A stretch of DNA of 56,830 nt from a virus (Duplodnaviria; Caudoviricetes). Positions within the stretch are counted from its first letter, which is position 1. Each line of letters starts with the position of its first letter. A program made the translations under genes and the position numbers. Of this stretch, positions 1 through 8,653 are shown piece after piece. Below the pieces are notes generated by a model, which did not search any database, was not told the DNA's origin, and saw only the letters and a program-made list of their open reading frames with translations. The DNA lies in the IMG/VR virus record IMGVR_UViG_3300025327_000035, positions 1-56,830 of that record; one strand, given 5' to 3'.

Positions 1-141
1 TAATACGCTGGGTCTGACCGTCGGCGGCTCAGAGGTCGTGAGTATTACGTCCAGCGGCCTCAACCTGGAAGGCGTCGCGTTCAACGGGCCAGTCGTCCTG
101 TTTGGCGGCCTGGTATCCAACGCCGTTACGCTAGCGCATGG
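1..141. repeat. Terminal direct repeat, left copy (circular-assembly overlap)
   Basis: 1-141 matches 56690-56830 except T127 vs A56816. Confidence 0.97.
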
Positions 142-322
142 CTTGGGAGCGACGCCGACCTTCGCCTTCTGCGGCTTAAATGGCGCGGGGGCGATCAGCC
201 AGACGATCTACATCACTTCAGCGCTGAGCGATGCCACCAACATCACGGTCAAGGTCATCGCTGGCAGCAGTGGCCTGGTATCGACCGACGACGTGACCGC
301 GCAATGCGTGGCAACGAAATGA
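1..322 (+). CDS. 3' part of an origin-spanning virion/membrane protein (~181 aa, starts at 56466)
   Basis: The frame of ORF 38..322 continues the ORF opening at ATG 56466 across the terminal repeat; the gene follows the capsid gene. Confidence 0.8.
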   Translation, partial: NTLGLTVGGSEVVSITSSGLNLEGVAFNGPVVLFGGLVSNAVTLAHGLGATPTFAFCGLNGAGAISQTIYITSALSDATNITVKVIAGSSGLVSTDDVTAQCVATK

Positions 323-323
323 G

Positions 324-839
324 ATGTTTCGCATCGCGGCTTTCTCAACGGTGACCGGGCGGGAGGCCGTGTACAAGGCGACGGGTGTTGCGCCCCGGAC
401 ATTCCCGCCGTGGACACTGAAGGACTTTCAGCGTGACTGGCTCGAAACTTTCGACGTGCTCTATTTTCACCTGCACGGCGTCGAGGGCCAGCCATTCTGG
501 TATGGTGACGGCATGATTACGGCTATGAGCGTAGCGCAAATCAAGGAATGCGGCCTCGTGGGCCAGGTCGCCTTCGTCGCCAACTGCTTCGGCGGCGGCA
601 GCAAGATGGTCGAGGCGCTGCGCGGAGTCGGCGCGGTCGTCGTCGCTGGGCCGGGAAAGAACTTCACATCGCGCCGCCGAGTGCGCGGCGCGGATCGATT
701 GGGGATGCACTTCGTCCGGGCAATCCAGGCAGGCCATTCGCCCGCAGATGCCCTGGCGGATGCTAAACAACGCATCCGGTTATGGGCAGTATTCAGTCCA
801 CTCGAGCGCGACGCGCTCGAATTCAGCATCCAGGAGTGA
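324..839 (+). CDS. Small CHAT/caspase-fold (clan CD) cysteine protease-like protein
   Basis: DVLYFHLHG (His-Gly) and VAFVANCFGG (Cys) motifs with caspase-like spacing. Confidence 0.55.
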   Translation: MFRIAAFSTVTGREAVYKATGVAPRTFPPWTLKDFQRDWLETFDVLYFHLHGVEGQPFWYGDGMITAMSVAQIKECGLVGQVAFVANCFGGGSKMVEALRGVGAVVVAGPGKNFTSRRRVRGADRLGMHFVRAIQAGHSPADALADAKQRIRLWAVFSPLERDALEFSIQE

Positions 840-842
840 CAC

Positions 843-1202
843 ATGAGCAACTACATCGTGATGGATTTCGACGAAGGCGAGGTGGGCGTCACGCTTGGCG
901 CGAACTATCGCTATTTCACCGTGCCGATCGATTTGACCATCGTCTACATGACCGTCTCGCCGTCTGCGGACGATGCGGGCTGCACGGTGGATCTCAACGA
1001 CGACGGCTCAGAAGCAATCGCGGCTGTCGATTGCTCCGATCAGAATGTGCCGGGACGCTGGCGCTCGACGCACGTCGGCGGGGCGAACGACCCGGTTTTC
1101 GTGGCGGCGGGCAGCCTGCTCAGCTTCGACGCTAACGCGGCGGCAGCCGATACCCGGATCGCAGTTCAGATCTGGGCGCTGCCCGGCTCGGTCGTCGGCT
1201 AA
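843..1202 (+). CDS. Putative head decoration / virion protein
   Basis: GGAG RBS, beta-rich 119 aa, located between capsid and head-tail genes. Confidence 0.5.
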   Translation: MSNYIVMDFDEGEVGVTLGANYRYFTVPIDLTIVYMTVSPSADDAGCTVDLNDDGSEAIAAVDCSDQNVPGRWRSTHVGGANDPVFVAAGSLLSFDANAAAADTRIAVQIWALPGSVVG

Positions 1203-1232
1203 AGACAACAACGCGATAACGGAGAGATCGAG

Positions 1233-1553
1233 ATGAATAAGGATGAGCTTATCGAAATGGCGGTCGAGGACTTCCTCGAAAAGCATGAGGCCGAGTATAA
1301 AGACCCCAAAAATCCGAAGGAGTACACCCGGCCATTCGAGGGTGAGCCTGATTTCCTGGTGACGAGCTTCTCACCGCTGGACGAGCCGAAGAGTGTCACC
1401 TTCGTGCTGCGCTCAGGCCACAAGCATAGCTTCACTGCGCCAGAGAGCAAGCCGAAGTCGGTGGCTCGCGCTGCAGGCCGTGGGCGCGGGGCGGGCCGTG
1501 GGCGTGCGGCGGCCGGCGAAGAGGAAGACGAAGCGGAAACGGGCGCAGGCTGA
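1233..1553 (+). CDS. Hypothetical protein with RG-rich and acidic tail
   Basis: GGAGAG RBS, operon context. Confidence 0.6.
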   Translation: MNKDELIEMAVEDFLEKHEAEYKDPKNPKEYTRPFEGEPDFLVTSFSPLDEPKSVTFVLRSGHKHSFTAPESKPKSVARAAGRGRGAGRGRAAAGEEEDEAETGAG

Positions 1554-1579
1554 TCGGCGTCACACAATAAGTTATTCAG

Positions 1580-1626
1580 GCGCGGCGGAAGCGGCATTAG
1601 ACCGCCCGCCGCGCTCTTGCGTTTTC
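1580..1626 (+). terminator. Probable intrinsic terminator / stabilising hairpin
   Basis: GCGCGGCGG..GCGG / CCGC-CCGCCGCGC stem followed by TCTTGCGTTTT. Confidence 0.45.
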
Positions 1627-1639
1627 AGGAGTTGGCGAA

Positions 1640-1996
1640 ATGCTAGATTCACAGAGGCTCGATTTTACCACTACGGCCGGCGGCGCGGCCAGCGGAACGA
1701 CCGTGAATCTGAATGGCAAGCTGTATGGCTTTGCACTGATCCTCGGTACGGCCACGTCGCTCGATTTGACGATCGACAACGCCGAAGGCATCACGCTATT
1801 CAGCGATACGGGCCTGAATGCTGATGCGCCGCACCTCCCGCGTTTCGCGGTTGAAACCAACCTGGGCGCGGCCATCGTCTACGGTGCAGGCAATCCCGTA
1901 TCTGAGCCTGTACCCGTCGTCGGGCCGCTCACGCTAACGATCGCCAACGGCGGCGTTACAAAGACGGCCAGCGTGATTCTGTACATCGAACGGTGA
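1640..1996 (+). CDS. Putative virion structural protein
   Basis: AGGAG RBS, beta-rich 118 aa. Confidence 0.55.
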   Translation: MLDSQRLDFTTTAGGAASGTTVNLNGKLYGFALILGTATSLDLTIDNAEGITLFSDTGLNADAPHLPRFAVETNLGAAIVYGAGNPVSEPVPVVGPLTLTIANGGVTKTASVILYIER

Positions 1997-2005
1997 ATCT
2001 CGGGC

Positions 2006-3214
2006 ATGGCAACGCGCATTCTCCAGACGACTTTCGTCACCAAGCAGGACGCGATCCTGGCCGGCATCGACACGCGACAGATTACCGCCGCCGATAAGGT
2101 GCGCTCTCTGGATTCGGCGTTGGCGCGTTACAGCCGCGACAAGCCGCGTGTCGTGGCGGTGGATTTCGCCGGCACCGACGCTGCCTATTACGTTCTCTAC
2201 GGCCTGACGACCGAGATCCTCAACTCCACGCGCGACGCCAGCATCGACCTGACCTCCAGTGGCGCCGATCAACAGTTGGCTGTGTCGTTCACGCTGCCGC
2301 GTCGGATGCAGATTCACGCCGTCCGCTTCTTGCTGCGGCGAACGGGCAGCCTGGCAGGGACGCTGGCCTGCGAGATCCGCCTGCCTTCGGGCAGCCTGCC
2401 CTCAGCGCTGGCTGCGCAGACCTCTACTGCGCTGACTTCTGCCTCGGCGCTGCCGCTCGGATTTGAATCGGGCAAGACTGAGTTCCGCTTCGACACGCCA
2501 TTGGCGCTGGACGCGGGCACGTACTATGCGGCGCTCGTGCCATCCGGCTATGCCTACGTCAACGGCACAACCGAGATCGTCCTCGGTGTCGATCAATCGA
2601 GCGTGACGAACACGGTCTTCACCTATGGCGGCGCGGTCTGGACGGCCTACGGCACGGACTCGGCCGGCGTGATCGAGGTCGTCGCCTCGCTGCCCGATTG
2701 GGATTACGAGTTCTCAGACATCAAAGGCGCGGACATCCCGGCGCCGACGATCACCGAGAACGAGATACCGCAGCCACTGGAGGACGAGGATTTCGCGTTG
2801 TCGCGCGTTGGGGAGACGCAATACCTCTACCTGCCGAATCACAGCCCGGCATCGACCGACATGGTTCGCCTGCACTACTCGGGCCGCTACCTGTTTAACG
2901 GCTCGCCGCTGGCGGCAGACATCCCGGCGGCGCACTTCGAGGCAGTGTGCACGCTAGGGGTGTACTTCGTTTGTACATGGCTTGCGGCGAAGTATTCTCA
3001 AAATGTAGACAGTGGCTTGTCCGCTGATATTGTAGACCGGCGCAATCAAAGTGACGTGATGGCAAGCAGGGCCAAAGAATTCTTGAGCCAATACGAGGCC
3101 CTACTTGGAAGAGGAGAGGGGGCAACTATTGTCCCTGCCATGAAATTCGGGGATTTAGATCGGGGCACGTACTCGAACCGGGATTTCATTTATCACAACA
3201 GGCGAAGGCGATAG
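2006..3214 (+). CDS. Head-tail adaptor (connector) protein with an inserted beta-sandwich domain
   Basis: Helical N- and C-terminal segments typical of adaptors (ALARYSRDKP; AVCTLG...AAKYSQ...DRRNQSD); ~170-aa beta-rich insert; synteny. Confidence 0.55.
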   Translation: MATRILQTTFVTKQDAILAGIDTRQITAADKVRSLDSALARYSRDKPRVVAVDFAGTDAAYYVLYGLTTEILNSTRDASIDLTSSGADQQLAVSFTLPRRMQIHAVRFLLRRTGSLAGTLACEIRLPSGSLPSALAAQTSTALTSASALPLGFESGKTEFRFDTPLALDAGTYYAALVPSGYAYVNGTTEIVLGVDQSSVTNTVFTYGGAVWTAYGTDSAGVIEVVASLPDWDYEFSDIKGADIPAPTITENEIPQPLEDEDFALSRVGETQYLYLPNHSPASTDMVRLHYSGRYLFNGSPLAADIPAAHFEAVCTLGVYFVCTWLAAKYSQNVDSGLSADIVDRRNQSDVMASRAKEFLSQYEALLGRGEGATIVPAMKFGDLDRGTYSNRDFIYHNRRRR

Positions 3215-3216
3215 GC

Positions 3217-3819
3217 ATGCCCACTCCCCCTCTTAGCCTTGAAATCGACACCTCGCAGATCGACAGCTTCGTCCAGCGCTTTCCGGTCTCCGGGCCGCGC
3301 ATCGCGGAGCGGGAGCTGCGCATCGGCTTGGATGACGCGCTCGGCTACACGGCGTCGCAGGTGGTGGACTTCACGCCGGTCAACACGGGCGTTCTGCGCG
3401 AGAGCGTCTACGACGAGATCGCCGGCATCAAGGTCGATGTCCTGGGCGGCACCGATCTGGAGGGCATCGTCTCCAGCAGTGACTACGAGCCGAAGGTGAA
3501 TGCGGTCGAGTTCGGGCGCAAGCCGGGCAAAATGCCACCGGTCGAGGCCATCGCGCTATGGGTGAGGCGCAAGGGACTGGCGGGCACGTACAGGGTCAAG
3601 ACAGGCAAGTCTGGCCGGCATGCGCGCATTGGCGGCCGCGAGAAGCAGCGCAAGGAAGACCTGAGCCTGGCCTGGGCGATCGCGATCCGCATCTCGCGGT
3701 TCGGCACGAAGGGCGCGTTCATGTTCGAGAAGGGCCTCGCGGCATCGGAAGCCTACATCGTCAAGGCGATGGATGCCGCGATCAACCGCATTCTAGCGGC
3801 GTGGTCGGGGATCAGGTGA
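3217..3819 (+). CDS. HK97 gp10-like tail completion protein
   Basis: TPVNTGVLRES, VEFGRKPGKMPP and GTKGAFMF motifs. Confidence 0.75.
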   Translation: MPTPPLSLEIDTSQIDSFVQRFPVSGPRIAERELRIGLDDALGYTASQVVDFTPVNTGVLRESVYDEIAGIKVDVLGGTDLEGIVSSSDYEPKVNAVEFGRKPGKMPPVEAIALWVRRKGLAGTYRVKTGKSGRHARIGGREKQRKEDLSLAWAIAIRISRFGTKGAFMFEKGLAASEAYIVKAMDAAINRILAAWSGIR

Positions 3820-3822
3820 CGG

Positions 3823-4563
3823 ATGACCGTCTCTATCGACCCGGAATATGAGACATTCGAGCAGGTCGCGGCGCAAATCCGCACGGCGCTAGGGACAGGC
3901 GTCAAAGTCTTTGAGTCCGTCCCGTTCCTGCCGAACGCGGCGGACTTCGACAAGATCGCGTTGGCGACATTCGAGTCCGCGAGGATGGCCTACTTCTGGG
4001 TCGTGTTCGTGGATGGCGTCGATCCAGAACAGATCGCGACGATGCACCAGCGTGAGCGCATCCTGGCGACGATCTACGGCTACATGAGCCGGAGTGACAA
4101 GCCGGGCGAGCCGGATGCCAGCGACGCGAGCGTGTCCGTGCCGTTCGCATCTGGCACGGCGACGGGCGGCTCGACGACGACGCTCACAGATTCGGGCGCG
4201 GCGTTCACGGTGGACGAGTTCGCCAACAGCCATGAGCTGTGGGTGACCTACGCGGACGGCACGATTGACCACCGACGCATCCAGAGCAACACGGCGACGC
4301 AGTTGACTATGCGTCAGGCGTTCGGCACGGCCATTAGTGCCGGCGTCACTTATGAGGTATGGCTGCGACCAACCGAGTGGATCATGCGCGAGCAGGCGCG
4401 CAAAGTGCTGGACGCACTCACTACGAATCGCAGCGGCGGTGGAGCCTGGTCAGGCAACCTGCCAAATTACCGCATCGAGGCAATCACGCTATACGAGCGC
4501 GGCATGTGGCGCGTGTCTTTCTCGCAAACGAAAGACACGTCGAAGGGAAAGAGCTATGTCTAA
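3823..4563 (+). CDS. Tail terminator-like protein with an inserted beta domain
   Basis: Synteny before the tail tube gene; GTATGGSTTTLTDSGAAFTVDEF...IQSNTATQLT insert. Confidence 0.45.
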   Translation: MTVSIDPEYETFEQVAAQIRTALGTGVKVFESVPFLPNAADFDKIALATFESARMAYFWVVFVDGVDPEQIATMHQRERILATIYGYMSRSDKPGEPDASDASVSVPFASGTATGGSTTTLTDSGAAFTVDEFANSHELWVTYADGTIDHRRIQSNTATQLTMRQAFGTAISAGVTYEVWLRPTEWIMREQARKVLDALTTNRSGGGAWSGNLPNYRIEAITLYERGMWRVSFSQTKDTSKGKSYV

Positions 4564-4828
4564 AGCAACCCTATATTTCCCCGGCATCGAGACCGGGCAG
4601 GTCTCCGTCGGCTATTCCACAGTCGACGTCGTGGATCACATCGCGGAGATAGATGAGGCTGAGGCAGCGGTCATTGCCTACTGGCAGCAGACGGCCAGCG
4701 CCACGATCGTGTCAACTGCGCAGCCGACTGCCGCCATTGATCCCGGCATTAACCCGTTCGACCCCGCGAGGCGGAGCGTAGGCAGCGATCCGGACGAAGA
4801 TGAACTTTCCATAGGAGCATCGAAATGA
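4556..4828 (+). CDS. Small hypothetical tail-region protein
   Basis: ATG 4556 overlaps the previous stop; its own stop overlaps the next start. Confidence 0.55.
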   Translation: MSKATLYFPGIETGQVSVGYSTVDVVDHIAEIDEAEAAVIAYWQQTASATIVSTAQPTAAIDPGINPFDPARRSVGSDPDEDELSIGASK

Positions 4829-6156
4829 CAGAGCAAGCAACCTGGCTCAGATGGCTGCGCATGGGACGCGAGAACGTCGCGTGGGGTACAGCCCCGGCCA
4901 ACGAGCTTGAATACAACATGAGTGGCGGGCTGTGGTATTCGTTCATCACCGCCTCGCAACTCGGCGCGCTCAAGCGCATTGAGGCAAAGCACCGCACCAA
5001 AGGCGCGACCGGGCAGCGCAGCCTCGACCAGCACCTGCCGGTAAGTGGCGCGCGCCGCAGCGAGGGCAGCCTCGACATTCCGTTCGTGTCCGACGTGGGC
5101 GGGCTGCTGCTGCGCACTGCGCTGGGCGCGGACTCGGCGGCGGACACGGACGATGTGATTCTGCTCACGGCGGGAGCCATCAACGAGACCCCTGAGACGT
5201 TCCTGGCTGCCGGCTTCGACAACCCCATCACGGCGAATCGCTACCCATACATCGAATGCGTCGTCACGGCGGCCGCGGCCTCGACGTTCATCGCTGGAAC
5301 CGTGGTGCTGACCGGCACCGACCCGGACGACCGGGCCATCACAGAGACGATCGTCACGCCGGCACTGGCCGCAACCGAGTCCTATACGGTTTACAGCAAA
5401 CTTTCGTACAAGACCTTGACCAGCATCGTCATCACCGGCTGGTCGAGCGGTACCGGCACACTCGTCGCAACGGCAATCCAGTACACGACGCACACGATCA
5501 CCTGCGCGGATACGAACGGCTCGCTCGCCATCGACGAGCACGGCGATCCGGCGGCGGCCAGCGGCAACATCTGGCGCTATACCGGCCTGGTCATCCCGCA
5601 ACTGAACCTGGCGTTTGCGGCAACCGAGGAAGAGGGCCTATTCGTCATCACGCCGACGCTGGCCGGCAAGTTCCCGACTGCAATCGCGGACCCAACCTAC
5701 CGCCTGCCCCCGCTCACGCCCTGGCCTTCGTGGATATGCTCGGTCACACGCGGCGGATCTGCCTACGCCAAGATTCAGGCAGCGAATTTCCAGATCAACA
5801 CAGGCACGCGCCTGCGCCGGGCGGCAACCGGCTCGCAGGACCCGGCCGGCAAGGTGGACGGCGGGCGAACGGTGCAGATCAGCGGAAGACTCTGGTTCGA
5901 CGACGAGACAGAATACGACGACTGGGTGAATAACGCGCTGGCAAATTACGAATTCACGTTTACCAGCCCGTATGCCGTTACATCTGCAATCAAGCAGAAC
6001 TTGTTACTGGAATGCACGGAATTCGTGTGGCTCACATACGACCCGGTCGAGGACGACGGCTTGATAGTCGCAGACTTCACCGCTTATAACAAAGCCCACG
6101 CCAGCGACAACGTGATTAAGGCTACGCTGATCAACACGAAGAACGGAGCGTACTGA
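4825..6156 (+). CDS. Major tail (tube) protein with an internal insertion
   Basis: GRENVAWGTAP start; GARRSEGSL and RTVQISGRLWF strands typical of tail tube proteins; lies before the chaperone and tape measure genes. Confidence 0.7.
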   Translation: MTEQATWLRWLRMGRENVAWGTAPANELEYNMSGGLWYSFITASQLGALKRIEAKHRTKGATGQRSLDQHLPVSGARRSEGSLDIPFVSDVGGLLLRTALGADSAADTDDVILLTAGAINETPETFLAAGFDNPITANRYPYIECVVTAAAASTFIAGTVVLTGTDPDDRAITETIVTPALAATESYTVYSKLSYKTLTSIVITGWSSGTGTLVATAIQYTTHTITCADTNGSLAIDEHGDPAAASGNIWRYTGLVIPQLNLAFAATEEEGLFVITPTLAGKFPTAIADPTYRLPPLTPWPSWICSVTRGGSAYAKIQAANFQINTGTRLRRAATGSQDPAGKVDGGRTVQISGRLWFDDETEYDDWVNNALANYEFTFTSPYAVTSAIKQNLLLECTEFVWLTYDPVEDDGLIVADFTAYNKAHASDNVIKATLINTKNGAY

Positions 6157-6629
6157 TGGAGCCATTCAAGCAGCGGATTCGCATCGAACTGAGCAAGCTC
6201 AATCCGCAATACCCGGCCGGTCACACCTGGACGTTCTGGTCCTCGCCGACGATGAAGACCTTCCTCGCGCTGTTCGGCCCGGCTAACTACCTGCGTCTGA
6301 AAGAAGCGGATCAGCCGATGGACGAAGAGACCTACCGCGAAGCGGAAGACGCCTATTTCGCCGCCATCAGCGAATGCATCCTCGACACCGGCGAATCGAC
6401 CGACCTGGCCGGCCAGCCGCTCGATTTATCCACGCCCGAAAAGGCGCGCGCCGCGTTCGCCTCGGACGCTATCGACGTAGAGTTGCTCGGCGGCATCATC
6501 ACCGACTACACGAACTACCTGACCGAGCGTTACGGGAGCCTGCTAAAAAAAGCCGCAGCCTGGTCGGGAAGTACCGTTGGCAGCTCAGGCAACGGGCAGA
6601 CGGCTATCACGTCCCCGACGCCATCCTGA
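6156..6629 (+). CDS. Tail assembly chaperone (gpG-like)
   Basis: Located between tail tube and tape measure; contains slippery CTA AAA AAA GCC. Confidence 0.75.
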   Translation: MEPFKQRIRIELSKLNPQYPAGHTWTFWSSPTMKTFLALFGPANYLRLKEADQPMDEETYREAEDAYFAAISECILDTGESTDLAGQPLDLSTPEKARAAFASDAIDVELLGGIITDYTNYLTERYGSLLKKAAAWSGSTVGSSGNGQTAITSPTPS

Positions 6630-6793
6630 GCAACGCCGAGGAGCGTCTCCCGTCCAGTTTTCATTCGGCCTCCCTCGCACGGCGATACAACATGGCGATC
6701 GGCGCCACCCTGACGCATTGGGATATAGAGCAGATGGGGCTGCTGGAGCGGGCCGAAATCATCCTCATCTCTGAGAATACGGACATCTTCTAG
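6545..6793 (+). CDS. -1 frameshift extension of the chaperone (gpGT-like, fusion ~212 aa)
   Basis: A AAA AAA heptamer at 6545-6551; -1 frame open to TAG 6793, which overlaps the tape measure GTG. Confidence 0.75.
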   Translation, partial: KKSRSLVGKYRWQLRQRADGYHVPDAILSNAEERLPSSFHSASLARRYNMAIGATLTHWDIEQMGLLERAEIILISENTDIF

Positions 6794-8307
6794 TGGCCGG
6801 CGCACGAAAACCCTTCGACATCATCATCAGCAGCAAGTACACGCCGGGCGGCGTGCAGCAGGCCCTGCGCGGCCTCAAGAGCATCGGCGAGGCCGGCTTT
6901 TTCATCCGGCAGGGCCTTGTGCATCCGCTTCAGGCTGCCGTAGGCGCCATCTTTGACCTGATCGGCGCGGCCAACCCCGAGCGCATCCGGGCAATGCAGG
7001 AGGCGTTTGACGGCGTCAAGAATAGCATCGGACAATTGCTCGATCAGGTACTCGGCCCGACCATCGATGAACTAACCCGGATCATCAATCAGGCTACATT
7101 GCTGTCAAATGCTGAAAAAAGCTTGTCGCCTGTCTATGACGATTTGATCGAGCGCATGAAAGCGCGCGGGTTATCTGCGCGCGAAATGGCTGAGGAGATT
7201 CGCAAGGCGTCGGATAGCGCCGTCGAGGCGGCCCGCCGTGAGAAAGAGGAAAACCCATTTTATTTCATTGGTGTGAACGCAAGGGATTTTGCTATCACAT
7301 CAGTGCAATTCAGACAAGCCATTCTAGATTCCTCGAAATCACTAGAGGAATACATTGAACTGCTGCGCCGGGCCGGCATCCAGATCGGAGGCCTGGAACA
7401 AGAGGCACAGCGTTTCGCGCAGGCCAAAGGCTTGAAAATATTTTCACCGGAGGATATAGCGCAGGCGGGAGAGAATTTAGCGGCCCAGGTGCGCCAGATC
7501 GAGCAGCGCCTCACGGCCACGCGCTTTCAGTCCTATATCCAACGCGGGCGCTTGCTCGAGGACATCGCATTGCGCGAGGCAGACCGCCTGGCGGACATCG
7601 CGCGCCAGAACGCGCAGGCGATAGCGGACATCGACGCGCAGCGGGTCGAATCACTGGCGCAGGCGTCGGCAGGATTGGCGCAGCAGGTCGCCGACATCGA
7701 GCGCAATTCTGCGCGTGAGCGACTGCGCATTGAGGAGCAGTTCCAGGAGCGCCTACAGCAGATCAAGCGCTCGTCGGGCGAGTCCATCGAGGAGGCCATC
7801 CGCCGGCGCGACGCGCGCGCATTGGCCCAGGCGCTGCGCGCGCGTGACGAGCAGATCTCGGACGCCGAGCGCGGCCGCGACCAAGCCCTGCGCGACCAGG
7901 CCGAGGCCGCCGCCGAGCAGCGCGCCCAGGCTCAGCAGCAAGCCGCTGAGCAAAAGAGGGCCGCCGAGGATGCGGCTCGCCAGGCGCTGCAGGACCTGGA
8001 ACGCCGCAACCGCGAAGCGGCGGAAGAGGCGCAGCGCGCCTACGGCCGCCAATTGCGTGACTTCGACGTCGCAGCCGGCCGGCGCGAGGAGGACGTCAGG
8101 CGCCAGAACGAAAAAGAGAAATCGGCGGCACGCAGGCATTTCTACGACATCGAGACGGAATACCAGAAGCACCTGAAGCGATTAGAGCAGCTCGCGCACG
8201 TGGAGGCCAGTCCGCTGATGAAGGCGCTATCTGCGTTCGTCATTGGCAAGATTGAGGAGGAGCTGGCGAGCTTATTTGCGCAGCAGACGCCGGGCGGAAG
8301 GCGCTGA
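6793..8307 (+). CDS. Tape measure protein (short, 504 aa)
   Basis: Ala/Gln/Arg/Glu-rich coiled coil; follows the frameshifted chaperone. Confidence 0.75.
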   Translation: MAGARKPFDIIISSKYTPGGVQQALRGLKSIGEAGFFIRQGLVHPLQAAVGAIFDLIGAANPERIRAMQEAFDGVKNSIGQLLDQVLGPTIDELTRIINQATLLSNAEKSLSPVYDDLIERMKARGLSAREMAEEIRKASDSAVEAARREKEENPFYFIGVNARDFAITSVQFRQAILDSSKSLEEYIELLRRAGIQIGGLEQEAQRFAQAKGLKIFSPEDIAQAGENLAAQVRQIEQRLTATRFQSYIQRGRLLEDIALREADRLADIARQNAQAIADIDAQRVESLAQASAGLAQQVADIERNSARERLRIEEQFQERLQQIKRSSGESIEEAIRRRDARALAQALRARDEQISDAERGRDQALRDQAEAAAEQRAQAQQQAAEQKRAAEDAARQALQDLERRNREAAEEAQRAYGRQLRDFDVAAGRREEDVRRQNEKEKSAARRHFYDIETEYQKHLKRLEQLAHVEASPLMKALSAFVIGKIEEELASLFAQQTPGGRR

Positions 8308-8320
8308 GGGGTGATGCATC

Positions 8321-8653
8321 GTGGCAATGCAGATAGACGGGAACAACATGCCGCGCGATCCATACGACACGCGCTGGGAGCCGCGCGAGGTCATCGACCG
8401 GGCGCACAGCGGCAAGCCGCTGCGTGACGCCTATCGCCGCGTGCTGCTCATGTTCGACGACATGACGGTGAGCGATTTCGGCGCGATCGCGGCCTACGAC
8501 GACGGCTCGTCGCACACGATCAAAATCCCCCACCCCACTACGGCTGTCTACACCGATTACGCCGGGGCTTATATCCGCGTCTCCAGTCCTCATTCGTTCC
8601 AGGATGTTCACGCCGAGGACATCGAATTCGAGGTCAGCTGGCTGGTGGCATGA
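8321..8653 (+). CDS. Distal tail (Dit / gpM-like) protein
   Basis: 110 aa directly after the tape measure gene; synteny only. Confidence 0.5.
   Translation: MAMQIDGNNMPRDPYDTRWEPREVIDRAHSGKPLRDAYRRVLLMFDDMTVSDFGAIAAYDDGSSHTIKIPHPTTAVYTDYAGAYIRVSSPHSFQDVHAEDIEFEVSWLVA

Noticed and set aside
1-141. Biological terminal repeat (T7-like DTR)
   Set aside because: It lies mid-gene and has an assembler-typical length; more simply a circular overlap.
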